Of a stretch of DNA of 64,000 nt, positions 26,877-36,622 are shown piece after piece (within the stretch, counting starts at the first letter, position 1; the number at the start of each line of letters is the position of its first letter). This DNA comes from a bacterium (GTDB taxonomy: Archaea > Nanobdellota > Nanobdellia > Pacearchaeales > GW2011-AR1): NCBI GenBank assembly GCA_036787775.1, contig DAIQOR010000001.1:107839-171838 (forward strand), read 5' to 3'. A model generated the notes under the pieces. It saw nothing but the letters and a program-made list of their open reading frames with translations. It searched no databases and was not told the origin of the DNA. Both the position numbers and the translations under genes were made by a program.

Positions 26877-27739
26877 ATTGGTTGAAAAACAAACTCGCCC
26901 TTCGCAAAAATATCCTTCCCATCTATAATTTTGTACATTCCGAGGAATTTGTCCTCGGCGAACACGCTAACGACTTCGTCTTTTTTGAAATCTGTTTTCC
27001 CAATAACATCATCTTTGAAAATTGGTTTTCCCGTCCACAATCTTTTAATTTCTTTTTCTTCAACTTTCAAAATAGGATAAACTTCCGAAACAATTTCTCC
27101 AGGAATAATCATTGCCCGCAACAATTTATCATTTCCATTTTTATATTCGTCGACGGCTTTTTCAAAATCATAAAGATTAACGATTGTGTCCTCGGTAAAA
27201 ATCCCTGCCCGCACTCTCCTCAACTCCAACATGTGCGCTCCAATTCCCATCTCTGTCCCCAAATCGTCCAACAACTTCCGAATATAAGTTCCGCCCTGAA
27301 CTTCCGCACGAAATAAAATATCTTTCCCCTCCTGCTCAATCAAATCAAAACTTTTTATCTCCCTCTCTCGTTCTTGCCTTTTAACTCGCGACTTAACTGG
27401 AGGGGTTTGAAGAATTTTTCCCAAAAATTTTTCGTTAATTATCTTCTGAATTTTTTTCATCTCAACATCCTCATGAATTCTCATAACCCCGACATATTCT
27501 TTATCTTCACCCAGAAAAAAACCAGTCAACTTACAAGCACGATTTAACGCAACCGGCAAAACCCCCGTAACCTTCGGGTCAAGAGTTCCAAAGTGCGAAG
27601 TTTTTCTGATTCCCAATTTCTTCTTAACAAATTCAGAAACATTAAACGACGTAGGTCCAGAACACTTATCTATATTTATAATTCCAAACTCCAAAAGTTC
27701 TTCAGTCGATTTGTTTTGTTTTAATTTTTCTATGTTCAT
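26873..27739 (-). CDS. cbf5: tRNA/rRNA pseudouridine synthase Cbf5 (TruB family with PUA domain)
   Basis: GIINIDKCSGPTSFNV...TSHFGTLDPKVTGVLPVAL carries the catalytic Asp motif. The C-terminal region is PUA-like. Confidence 0.9.
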   Translation of the reverse strand: MNIEKLKQNKSTEELLEFGIINIDKCSGPTSFNVSEFVKKKLGIRKTSHFGTLDPKVTGVLPVALNRACKLTGFFLGEDKEYVGVMRIHEDVEMKKIQKIINEKFLGKILQTPPVKSRVKRQEREREIKSFDLIEQEGKDILFRAEVQGGTYIRKLLDDLGTEMGIGAHMLELRRVRAGIFTEDTIVNLYDFEKAVDEYKNGNDKLLRAMIIPGEIVSEVYPILKVEEKEIKRLWTGKPIFKDDVIGKTDFKKDEVVSVFAEDKFLGMYKIIDGKDIFAKGEFVFQPI

Positions 27740-28455
27740 ATTTCTCCCCTCAAATACATTTTCCTCTTTCCTTCCTCAAATTTCTCAATCGCGTAACGCA
27801 ACATTGTCCTCGGCATTTTCTTGTAATGAAACTTCAAAAACTTTTCCAAAACCTCAACATCTTTTTTTCCAACCTCTCGCAACATCCAACCCACAGCTTT
27901 ATGAATCAAATCGTGCTCGTCATTCAACAACATCTCTGCAATCATCAACGCGTCGTCAAAATCTTCTTTCCGAATAAAATAAAAAGTCGAAATCATCGCA
28001 ATCCGTTTCTCCCACAAATTCTTCGACCTCGCCAAATCATAAATTATTTTCCTTTCTTTCTCAAATAAAAATTCCCCCACGATATTCGGTGCAGTCAAAT
28101 CAACCAAATCCCAATTATTAATTTTATGCGTATTTTTCAAATATAAATTAAAAACAGTTCCCTTATCCGTCTCCGAGCCTTTCTTAAATTTTTCAAGAAG
28201 AATCAAAAGCCCAACCAACCTATGCTCATGAACCTTGCTATTCAACAATTTCTGAATACTCAAAAAGTTCAAACCCGAATATTTTTGCGCAAACTTTCGT
28301 TGAACCGGAACTTTAATTCCAAGAAAAACATCGCCCTCGCCATACTCTCCAACGCCCGTCTTAAAAAATCCCTGAAGAATCTTCGCCTGCTCCGAATCCG
28401 CCAACGAAAACATTTCTTTAATTAAATCTTCTATCATAATTATTTGACCCCACAT
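27736..28455 (-). CDS. DNA alkylation repair protein (AlkD/AlkC-like HEAT repeat)
   Basis: FFKTGVGEYGEGDVFLGIKVP..R; NNWDLVDL; IHKAVGWMLRE, all typical of this family. Confidence 0.8.
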   Translation of the reverse strand: MWGQIIMIEDLIKEMFSLADSEQAKILQGFFKTGVGEYGEGDVFLGIKVPVQRKFAQKYSGLNFLSIQKLLNSKVHEHRLVGLLILLEKFKKGSETDKGTVFNLYLKNTHKINNWDLVDLTAPNIVGEFLFEKERKIIYDLARSKNLWEKRIAMISTFYFIRKEDFDDALMIAEMLLNDEHDLIHKAVGWMLREVGKKDVEVLEKFLKFHYKKMPRTMLRYAIEKFEEGKRKMYLRGEI

Positions 28456-28469
28456 AATTTTATATAATT

Positions 28470-28802
28470 ATGTTATTATTTAATAATATGGCCCTTAAAG
28501 ATATCCAATTCGAAGTAGATAAATGGATTGAGCAGTATAAGATTGGTTATTTTCCGCCGTTGGCGATTATTGCTCAGGCGTCCGAAGAACTCGGCGAACT
28601 TTCTCGAGAAATAAATAATCGTTATGGTCCACGAGTAAAAAAATCTCCCAAGGACACGGCAGACATCGGAGAAGAAATCTGCGACGTAATTTTCGCAATG
28701 ATTTGCATGGCGAACTCGCACAATATTAATTTAGAAGAATTCTGGAAAAAGAAAATGGACAAGTGCTACGGAAGAGACAAAGATAGATGGGAAAAGAAAT
28801 AG
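28470..28802 (+). CDS. MazG-like nucleotide pyrophosphohydrolase
   Basis: ASEELGELSREIN...IGEEICDVIFAMICMAN is the EExxE...D MazG motif pair. Confidence 0.8.
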   Translation: MLLFNNMALKDIQFEVDKWIEQYKIGYFPPLAIIAQASEELGELSREINNRYGPRVKKSPKDTADIGEEICDVIFAMICMANSHNINLEEFWKKKMDKCYGRDKDRWEKK

Positions 28803-29561
28803 TTATTGTGAAGGAATCTCACAGTAAGCTATTTCTTGTTTAAGTTCATATTTTTTAGCAAGAGTTTCTAAAGTCTCTCCGCAAACTACTAACCTTTGAG
28901 GGGTATCGATTAAAACTTTTGAAGAATAGATTCTCTCTGAATTGTCCTCGGAATTAGGGGCCGAATAAAATTTAAAATCTACACGAAGAACTTGCTCTCC
29001 TTCAAATATTTTTTTCTTTTTTATGAAGATTCCTTTTTCTTTTTCTATCCAACGGTAAATAGAAAAAAAACTAGTGCAAGGATAATGGTTTAAAGCCCAG
29101 AAATCTCTTTCGCTTTTCGTTCCAAATTTTTCCAAATAAGAATACTCCTCAATTAATTTTTTTAATGTCTCTTTATAATCTCTAACGAGAACACTTTGTT
29201 TATTGCACTCCGCTATTCCATCAATTATATTCATTTTCCGTTTCAATTCTTTTGTAGGTTCCGCACCATATCGTTCAATCGCAGTTTTTTGTTCTTCAAT
29301 TGTAGGATACCTTGTTCTTAAAATTTCATCAATATGACCTCTTTCAATTTCTAAAGTATCTGCTAATTCATAAATTATTTCTTGAGTAATACCTTCTAAA
29401 TTATCAATTCCAAATCTCCTCGTAAGATTTTCTGCAACTTTTTCTTCTCTTTTGTTGTTTGCTCGAATCTTTGTAACTTCTTGTTCTTTACCTGCATCGG
29501 TCAAGATTCTAACTAAATCTTGTTCTGAAAAAATCCGAGCTTTTTCTTTAATTGCTTCCAT
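28803..29561 (-). CDS. Hypothetical protein
   Basis: 252-aa ORF with no family recognised. The C-terminal VVCGETLETLAKKY looks faintly LysM-like. Confidence 0.6.
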   Translation of the reverse strand: MEAIKEKARIFSEQDLVRILTDAGKEQEVTKIRANNKREEKVAENLTRRFGIDNLEGITQEIIYELADTLEIERGHIDEILRTRYPTIEEQKTAIERYGAEPTKELKRKMNIIDGIAECNKQSVLVRDYKETLKKLIEEYSYLEKFGTKSERDFWALNHYPCTSFFSIYRWIEKEKGIFIKKKKIFEGEQVLRVDFKFYSAPNSEDNSERIYSSKVLIDTPQRLVVCGETLETLAKKYELKQEIAYCEIPSQ

Positions 29562-29621
29562 AGAAATCTCACAAAATAATCTTATTTAAACTTTACTATT
29601 TGTAGTAATTAGAAAGTAATA

Positions 29622-30191
29622 CTATTTCTGCAAAGCTTGTCTAACCGGTCTCTTTGGAGTTAAATTATTTTCTGTTGTAGAATGTTTCATTTTTTTCGCC
29701 TCGGCTTTCGCAAAATCTTGCCCCGCGTCAACAATCGCAGATTTCTTTTCCTTTTCTTCAACTTTATCCGCTACACCATCAGCATCAGCATCTTCCTTTG
29801 GTTTTTCTTCAACTGCCTTCGGTTTCTTAGATTTTTTCGCTTGACCTTTAATTTCTCTCTTCTCTTCTTGAGCTTTTTTAACACTCAATTTCTTTGTCAA
29901 TTCGAAAAGTTCAACACGAATAATCTCTCCTTCTCGGAAAACTTTAACCTTCACTTTATGAGGCGGTCGCTTAATTCCACGTCCCCACAAAAACTCATTC
30001 AAAGCTCTATCAATTTTAATTTTCTTCAAATCTCTATCATAAACTTTCATGTGCCGAACCAAAAATTCCTTAACGCTCTTAACAGCCTTCGGCGTCTTCT
30101 TATATCTCACAGCCGACCGACATTTCTCTCTAAGCGGAATCGTGTAAACTTGCTCCGCACTTTTTTCGATTTTAATTTTTTTATCTGCCAT
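29622..30191 (-). CDS. rpl31e: Ribosomal protein eL31 with a ~100-aa Lys/Glu-rich C-terminal extension
   Basis: YTIPLREK...YKKTPKAVKSVKEFLVRHMK...IDRALNEFLWGRGIKRPPHKVKVKV is the eL31 core, followed by a low-complexity tail. Confidence 0.85.
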   Translation of the reverse strand: MADKKIKIEKSAEQVYTIPLREKCRSAVRYKKTPKAVKSVKEFLVRHMKVYDRDLKKIKIDRALNEFLWGRGIKRPPHKVKVKVFREGEIIRVELFELTKKLSVKKAQEEKREIKGQAKKSKKPKAVEEKPKEDADADGVADKVEEKEKKSAIVDAGQDFAKAEAKKMKHSTTENNLTPKRPVRQALQK

Positions 30192-30627
30192 TTTGTTTTC
30201 CTAAATATTTATCTGCTCTTACTTGTTTTGCCCCAGCTTCTTGAACAACTTGCCTAGTTTCTCTAAACACTGCCCCGTCTTCATCAGACAATTTTACATA
30301 TACTGGAGAAAATGCTTTTTCCATAAGCTCCCTTTCATTTGGGACATCGGAATAATCTCTTCTCAATATATCAAAAACTTTTCCTACGGGAGATTCAACA
30401 ACTTCTTCCAAAAAGCTATCCCATATTCTCTGAAAATAATCAATTCCTGGATGTTTATGCACAATTGGTTTTCTCTCTCGAGCTAATCTTTCCAAATTTT
30501 CTGGAGAAGCCCGAATTTCTAAAATTGATTGTTCATATTCATCCAAAAAATTTACATCCAAAGGCAAAGCTCTTTCTTCAGCAATTGCCCTAATCAAATC
30601 TTGAGTATATTTACATTGATTTATCAT
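30181..30627 (-). CDS. Hypothetical protein between rpl39e and rpl31e (start taken at internal Met44 of the track ORF)
   Basis: The ATG at 30627 directly abuts the rpl39e stop (30629). The longer track ORF would overlap rpl39e by 128 nt. Confidence 0.6.
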   Translation of the reverse strand: MINQCKYTQDLIRAIAEERALPLDVNFLDEYEQSILEIRASPENLERLARERKPIVHKHPGIDYFQRIWDSFLEEVVESPVGKVFDILRRDYSDVPNERELMEKAFSPVYVKLSDEDGAVFRETRQVVQEAGAKQVRADKYLGKQNGR

Positions 30628-30628
30628 T

Positions 30629-30832
30629 TTAACCAAAGTGTGACTTCCTCCTTTTTCCAGGTTTAATATGAAGTTTAGTTCTTCTCCATGAACGTCTATG
30701 TTTTGTGATTGCCGACGGATGAACTTTTTTTCCAAGACCGAATTTTTTAAGCACAACCCAAATCGGTGCCCACTTTGTTCTACGACCTTGCACAGCGAGT
30801 TTCTCTTTTTTACCCTTATATTTAATTCCCAT
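30629..30832 (-). CDS. rpl39e: Ribosomal protein eL39, slightly extended at the C-terminus
   Basis: KKEKLAVQGRRTKWAPIWVVLK...HRRSWRRTKL is the eL39 signature. Confidence 0.85.
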   Translation of the reverse strand: MGIKYKGKKEKLAVQGRRTKWAPIWVVLKKFGLGKKVHPSAITKHRRSWRRTKLHIKPGKRRKSHFG

Positions 30833-31257
30833 TACTTTATTGCCTCTAAAAATTTAATTCCTTTTTCTGTCAATTTCCTTCCAGGCTTAATACTCCTAAC
30901 GCCTTTCATAGGTTTAACCATTTGAGTAAATCCAGCTGCATCAGCCTGCTGAAGAATCGTTCTAAGAATTTTTCCCGACGCTCGAACAAATTTATCCGGT
31001 TGCATTCCTCGATCTTTCTTACTTCCGTATTTTGTCCTCAAACGAGAAACGCCCAAAACTTTTTTCTTATAAATTTGCCTCAAAACACTCGCACTTCTTT
31101 TCAACCAAAAATCAATATCATCAATTGGCCGTTCCTTCGACGCACTCGACTTCACAAACCTCGCCCACTCCGGCTCCGCAAATTCCTCGACGCTCTTCAA
31201 AGCCTCAGCTAATTTCAAATTATATTCCTGAGCGTTCATTTCAAATACAGTTGTCAT
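30832..31257 (-). CDS. rps19e: Ribosomal protein eS19
   Basis: EPEWARFVKSSASKERP...DFWLKRSASVLRQIY...SGKILRTILQQ matches eS19. Confidence 0.9.
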   Translation of the reverse strand: MTTVFEMNAQEYNLKLAEALKSVEEFAEPEWARFVKSSASKERPIDDIDFWLKRSASVLRQIYKKKVLGVSRLRTKYGSKKDRGMQPDKFVRASGKILRTILQQADAAGFTQMVKPMKGVRSIKPGRKLTEKGIKFLEAIK

Positions 31258-31342
31258 TTTTTATAAGACCATTCCTTTCGGAATTAGATAGCAGTGCTAT
31301 TTAGTCAATAATAGAGAATAAATTGGGTTTATAAAATGTTCG

Positions 31343-31591
31343 TTAAGCCCGAGCCCGTCGCCACTTTTTCAACGCAATCGTAAATCCAATAATTTTCGAA
31401 GTATAGTGGTCGCCCAGCTCTTTCAAAATCTTCTCAGAATATTTCTTAACTTCTTTCTTTCCCTCAGAACCCTCAGACCGCGCCGAACTCAAAACCGAAA
31501 TCTTGACATTCTGATTTTTCTTAAAATAAGTTTTCAAAGTCTCGATAAAATTATCCGTCACGCCCGCCTTTCCAAGTTGTAAATGTTTCAT
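31343..31591 (-). CDS. YhbY/CRM-domain RNA-binding protein
   Basis: LQLGKAGVTDNFIETLKTYFKKNQNVKISVL is the CRS1_YhbY pattern. Confidence 0.75.
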   Translation of the reverse strand: MKHLQLGKAGVTDNFIETLKTYFKKNQNVKISVLSSARSEGSEGKKEVKKYSEKILKELGDHYTSKIIGFTIALKKWRRARA

Positions 31592-31635
31592 GAATTATTA
31601 AAAGAAAATAAGGTTATAAGGGTTTTGATAAATGA

Positions 31636-32007
31636 CTAAACTCCAAACCCCTCAATCCATTTTTTCTTAACTCTAATCGTCTTCGTGTTCCGCACCCCAA
31701 AAGTCCCAGTCTTCATTCCTTTACTTTTGTAAATATCTTTTCCCTTAAATCGATGAACTAAAACATCCGTCTTATTATCTCTCCACACCTTCGAATATCT
31801 CGCACAAAAAATCGCCGCCTTCTTAACATCCCCCAACTTCGGCTTTCCCTTAATATTAACAAACGGACTACCAACAGCGACGGTGTGAAAAACTTCTTCA
31901 CTCGGCTCAACCTGCTTAACTAAATCCTCATTATTATTTTCACTTCGCCCCGCAAGAATTAAAGTCCCCTTCCCCGTCACCAATTCTCTAAATTTTTCCT
32001 TTCCCAT
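31636..32007 (-). CDS. NFACT-R (DUF814) domain protein
   Basis: ILAGRSENNNEDLV...FHTVAVGSPFV...AAIFCARYSKVW...V matches the DUF814 pattern. Confidence 0.65.
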   Translation of the reverse strand: MGKEKFRELVTGKGTLILAGRSENNNEDLVKQVEPSEEVFHTVAVGSPFVNIKGKPKLGDVKKAAIFCARYSKVWRDNKTDVLVHRFKGKDIYKSKGMKTGTFGVRNTKTIRVKKKWIEGFGV

Positions 32008-32522
32008 TAATCGACCCCCGCCGGCTCAGGTTTCTCAGGCCTAAGAGATTTTTTATTTTCTTTTTTTCCACTCCAAGTAGCTAAAAGATAAATAGTTTTA
32101 CCGACGGTCAACACAATCGCAATTGTCCAAAACACCCACGGCACAATCCTGCACGCCGTCTGAGATTGATAAATAATCGCAATAAAACTCGCATCAATTA
32201 GGTAAACCATAATAACTTTGTAAAGATTACTTTCCTTTGCAATAAAAAGTCCCAAGAGAATAAGCACAACCAAAAAAACCCCCGCAAAAAGCCCGAACCA
32301 CGCCATCATACTAGAAATGCAACTCGCATTCGCAAGCGCACCCATCAGCCCAATCACAATCGCCGTATACAAATTAATTTTTTTATCCTCGAACATCTTC
32401 GACTTCTTCAACAAAGCATAAACCAAAACAAGAAGAAACAAAAACGGAAGTACAAGACTAAAAAAACCAGCCTGCTCCAAAAAATTCAACATAACACCAA
32501 TCCCCTCGTTTTGAAAAACCAT
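32007..32522 (-). CDS. Integral membrane protein
   Basis: 171 aa with about five hydrophobic helices. Confidence 0.65.
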   Translation of the reverse strand: MVFQNEGIGVMLNFLEQAGFFSLVLPFLFLLVLVYALLKKSKMFEDKKINLYTAIVIGLMGALANASCISSMMAWFGLFAGVFLVVLILLGLFIAKESNLYKVIMVYLIDASFIAIIYQSQTACRIVPWVFWTIAIVLTVGKTIYLLATWSGKKENKKSLRPEKPEPAGVD

Positions 32523-32546
32523 AAACTAAATTAGAAAAACAAGTTT

Positions 32547-32987
32547 TTATTCTTTTCTCAAAAACTCATCAACAATTTTCAAACACTTTCTCTGATTCGG
32601 CCACGTCAATTTTTTAATCGCCTCATCAAACGAAACCCATTTGTAATCGCTGTGCTCCATCTCATCCAACCGCACTTTTCCTTTTCTCACCTCGACAGAA
32701 TAAAGTGAAAAAGTTTGCCCCGCCAGATTTTTCCTATCAACAAATTTTTTATTATATTTATATTTCCCCTCAACATTAAATTTTTTAATCCTCACCGGCG
32801 ACAAACCCGTCTCTTCATTCAACTCTCTCTCAACCGCCCGCCTCTTCATTTCAAAAAACTCAATTCCTCCCTTCGGAAACTCCCAACCTTTCCAGTGAAG
32901 TTTTCGCCTAAGAATCAAAAATTCAACCTTATTTTTATTTATCGAATACGTCACAATAAAAACCGCCCGTCTATATTTTCCTCTCAT
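32547..32987 (-). CDS. NUDIX hydrolase
   Basis: Nudix box GGIEFFEMKRRAVERELNEETGL. Confidence 0.85.
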   Translation of the reverse strand: MRGKYRRAVFIVTYSINKNKVEFLILRRKLHWKGWEFPKGGIEFFEMKRRAVERELNEETGLSPVRIKKFNVEGKYKYNKKFVDRKNLAGQTFSLYSVEVRKGKVRLDEMEHSDYKWVSFDEAIKKLTWPNQRKCLKIVDEFLRKE

Positions 32988-33037
32988 ATACTTCCCAATT
33001 AAGAAATATTTATAAACATGTCTGATTAAATTATTAG

Positions 33038-36000
33038 ATGAGGAAAGAGAGGTTATTATTCGCGTTAGTTTTCGTGCTGTTTTTAATAGGATTTGTTAGT
33101 GCATTATCAATAAATTTAGATTCGCCTGTTGATAGTTCTGATTATAATCAACAAGTCAAGGAATTTTCGTGGACTAACTCTTCAGATATGATTGATTGTT
33201 GGTATAGTTTAAATGAAGGAGTTTCAAATATTACAATTGGTTGTAATGATTTGTTAAAAACAGATTCCATTTTTTCAAATGAAGGGTGGAACACTTGGAC
33301 TATTTATGCAAATGATTCTTTAGGTAATGAAGTTTTATCAAGCTCAACTTTCTGGGTTGACAGCATCGCTCCTGTAATAAATATCATAAATTTAAATTAT
33401 CCTTTACAATTTACAAATCAAACTTCTTTTACAATCATTGCACAATTATTTGAAAAAAATTGGAAAAATGCAAATAATCCGATAACTTTTTGGACATGGG
33501 ATTTAGATGGAACTCTTGGGATGATTTCTCCAGCAATAGATAAAAATACAAATCTTTCTTCCCAAATTTATAATTCTATTTATGAAGGAGAAGGAATCTA
33601 TAATTATAATTTGACAAGTGAAGATACAATTGGACATATTAGTTCAACCCCGGGACAAATTTTAATTGACACACTATCGCCTTTTGTAACAATAACCTCT
33701 CCTACAAACGGATCAAAGTGGAGAAGTTCAGTATCAATTAATTCAAATGCCTCAGATGATCTATCGCAAACAACAGATGTTTCAGATATAGATTCAATAA
33801 CAAATGAAATTTACAACGCTTCAGATGATTTATTTAATTCAACTTCTTGTTCAGCTAAAATTTGTTCTTACCAATGGGACTCCTCTTTATTTGACGACGG
33901 ACTTTATTACATTCTTGCAACAGCAGTGGACAAAGCAACAAACCCTTCAACACCTTTACAAGTTTTCTTCGACATAGACAACACAAATCCCAATGTTTTC
34001 CTTAATTTCCCCTTATCAAACTTAACAACAAACGAAAGCATTTCAATAAATATTAGCGCATCAGACGCACATCTTAGCAATTTAATATTAATGAATGCTT
34101 CAACAAGTTTAAACACAACAATCGCCTCCTCAACTTTCTTAGAATCAATAATTCTTTTAGAAAACGAAGGAGAATATTCTTTATGGGCTTGGGCAAATGA
34201 TACTTTCGGGAACACAAACCAAACTTCTCCTGTAGTAGAATTAATAATTGATAAAACTGCACCTGAAGTAAATGCTGGAGAAAATAATATTACCAATTCT
34301 ACAATCGCAAAAACCGCAACCGCGACAGATTCTTTAAGTGGATTAAATTACACTTTCTGGAGCGAAACAGCAACGGGAAATATCTCTTTCTCCGATGCTT
34401 CAAATTTAACCACAGAAATTAACGCAACACAAGATGGATTATATACAATTCAATTAATCGCAGTTGACAAAGCAGGAAACTCAAACACTGACGTTTTCAA
34501 TTTAACGTGGGACACAACACCTCCAACAACATCTAATAATTATGACTTGGCATGGAAAAATTCCGCTTTTGATATAACTTTGAACGCAAGTGATTTAACT
34601 TCAGGTGTTGATTATATAATGTGGAACTATAATAATTCTGCAACATGGAATAAATCTGTAGGAGACAATGTGGTTGTGAATGTAGCATTAGAAGGAAACT
34701 TAACATTAGAATATTACGCAGTTGACAAAGCAGGAAACGCTGAAGGAATAAACTACTCAATTTATATTTTAATAGATAAAACTGCCCCAGATGTAAACGC
34801 AGGAAGTGATGCTCACAATAATTCTATCTTTTTCCAAAATGCAACAACATCAGATGTTCTTTCAGGAATCGTCTCGTGGTTATGGAGTAAAATAAGTGGT
34901 TTAGGAAATATAACTTTTGGAAATAATGCTATTGAAGACACAAACATTAGTGCTGATGCAGACGATGATTATGTGATTAGTTTAAATGCAACAGATAATG
35001 CAGGAAACTCAAATGTAAGCATAATGAGTTTAAGATGGGACACAACAGCACCAAACTTAACATTAATAGAAAATGAAACGTTATATTTAGAAGTTTATGC
35101 TGATTACATAGAATACAACGCAACAGCAGTAGACACATTCGACGGAGACAGAACCTCAAATATTGTAATAACAGGTTCAGTAAATACTTCACTTCTAGGA
35201 ACATACACAATTAATTATTCAGTTTCAGATTCTCTTGGAAACACAAACACAACAACAAGATTAGTTCTTGTAAACGACACAATTATTCCAAACATAACTT
35301 TGACAGGAGCGAATCCTCAAATAATCGAAGTAGGAACTACTTACAACGAATTAAACGCAACAGCAACAGATAATTACAACACAAGTTTAGTTTTAGTTAT
35401 CGACGATTCTGCAGTAAACACTTCTATAGTCGGAACTTATTTAGTAACTTATGATACAAATGATGGAAACGGAAACGACGCAGTCCAAGTAACAAGAATA
35501 GTAAATGTTATCGATACAATTTCACCTGTTGTAACTTTAGACTCGCCAACTGATGGAATCCATTTTGTAGAAGGAACAACAATCGTAGAAATAAATTACA
35601 CCGCAACAGACACATCAAATAATATCACTTCTTGCAACTTAACTTTAAACAATGTGTTTAACTACACTAACTTGGGAACATCTTTCATAATAACAAATCT
35701 AACTTCAGGAAAATATACTTACAGCGTTTCATGCACAGATGGTTCTTCAAACTCAAACTTCTCATTAACACAAACTTTCACAATCCTCGCAAATCCATCA
35801 GAAGTTTCAGAGTTCACAGAATACACAAACCTTTCAGCAGAACCAGATATCTCAAGTGTACCAAATTTCTTCGTAAACAATTCATTAGGAAATGTATTAT
35901 TCAACGAGGCTGTTGATTTCTCTGAAGGAGTAGATTGGACACAATACATAAACATATCACAAGACAGAATTGAAACAAAATCCGACGCAAATTTAGACCT

Positions 36001-36622
36001 AAATAAAAACACAACTTTGACTTTCTATAACATAAACTTAACAACTCCAGAAGTTTTGAAAGATGGGGTAGTTTTCACAGCCTACAATAATTGGAATTAC
36101 AATTCAACTTCTTTGATTTTATCTTTCGAAGTTTCTCAAGCAGGAGTTTACACAATTAGAGAATATGTTGTACCTGCACCACCAGGATCTCCCGGAGGAG
36201 GAAGTGGCGGAGGAAGTAGTTCAACAATATATTATGAATGTTCGGGATGGGGCTCATGTGCAAGTAGCGAGCAAACAAGAACTTGCGAGCAAGTTAGTTA
36301 TTGTACAATCTCAGAACCAAATTGTTTCAAAGTTGCAAAGAGACCAGAACAATCAAAGAGTTGTATCATGCCTCCAGTTGAAGAATTGAGCACAGAAAAT
36401 AATGAAGAAGAAGTTTCAGAAGAAATACCTGAAGAAGGATTTGTGGCTTCTATCACAGGAGGAGCAATCGGTGGAGTAACGGACTTCGTAAAATCAACAG
36501 GCGGAATTATCTTCACAATCTTCTTAGTGTTAAGTCTTGTAGCTTTCGCATTCAAAGAAAAGATAAAAGATAGATATGTGAAATACAAGATTCAGAAATA
36601 TAAATTTAATAGAAAAAAATAA
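33038..36622 (+). CDS. Large surface adhesin-like protein with tandem Ig-like repeats and a C-terminal TM anchor
   Basis: Signal peptide; many N-x-S/T sequons; repeats ending AVDKAGNS / ATDNAGNS / VSDSLGNT. Near the C-terminus come GSPGGGSGGGSS, YYECSGWGSCASSEQTRTCEQVSYC and a TM helix. Confidence 0.8.
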   Translation: MRKERLLFALVFVLFLIGFVSALSINLDSPVDSSDYNQQVKEFSWTNSSDMIDCWYSLNEGVSNITIGCNDLLKTDSIFSNEGWNTWTIYANDSLGNEVLSSSTFWVDSIAPVINIINLNYPLQFTNQTSFTIIAQLFEKNWKNANNPITFWTWDLDGTLGMISPAIDKNTNLSSQIYNSIYEGEGIYNYNLTSEDTIGHISSTPGQILIDTLSPFVTITSPTNGSKWRSSVSINSNASDDLSQTTDVSDIDSITNEIYNASDDLFNSTSCSAKICSYQWDSSLFDDGLYYILATAVDKATNPSTPLQVFFDIDNTNPNVFLNFPLSNLTTNESISINISASDAHLSNLILMNASTSLNTTIASSTFLESIILLENEGEYSLWAWANDTFGNTNQTSPVVELIIDKTAPEVNAGENNITNSTIAKTATATDSLSGLNYTFWSETATGNISFSDASNLTTEINATQDGLYTIQLIAVDKAGNSNTDVFNLTWDTTPPTTSNNYDLAWKNSAFDITLNASDLTSGVDYIMWNYNNSATWNKSVGDNVVVNVALEGNLTLEYYAVDKAGNAEGINYSIYILIDKTAPDVNAGSDAHNNSIFFQNATTSDVLSGIVSWLWSKISGLGNITFGNNAIEDTNISADADDDYVISLNATDNAGNSNVSIMSLRWDTTAPNLTLIENETLYLEVYADYIEYNATAVDTFDGDRTSNIVITGSVNTSLLGTYTINYSVSDSLGNTNTTTRLVLVNDTIIPNITLTGANPQIIEVGTTYNELNATATDNYNTSLVLVIDDSAVNTSIVGTYLVTYDTNDGNGNDAVQVTRIVNVIDTISPVVTLDSPTDGIHFVEGTTIVEINYTATDTSNNITSCNLTLNNVFNYTNLGTSFIITNLTSGKYTYSVSCTDGSSNSNFSLTQTFTILANPSEVSEFTEYTNLSAEPDISSVPNFFVNNSLGNVLFNEAVDFSEGVDWTQYINISQDRIETKSDANLDLNKNTTLTFYNINLTTPEVLKDGVVFTAYNNWNYNSTSLILSFEVSQAGVYTIREYVVPAPPGSPGGGSGGGSSSTIYYECSGWGSCASSEQTRTCEQVSYCTISEPNCFKVAKRPEQSKSCIMPPVEELSTENNEEEVSEEIPEEGFVASITGGAIGGVTDFVKSTGGIIFTIFLVLSLVAFAFKEKIKDRYVKYKIQKYKFNRKK

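Noticed and set aside
26641-26922. Minus-strand 93-aa ORF opposite 26643..26876.
   Set aside because: Its composition is poor (F/L/N-rich) and it overlaps the cbf5 3' end. The plus-strand ORF is preferred, but neither is well supported.
30628-30756. The N-terminal 43 codons of track ORF 30181..30756.
   Set aside because: They would overlap rpl39e by 128 nt. An internal ATG at 30627 abuts the rpl39e stop and gives a tidy operon arrangement.
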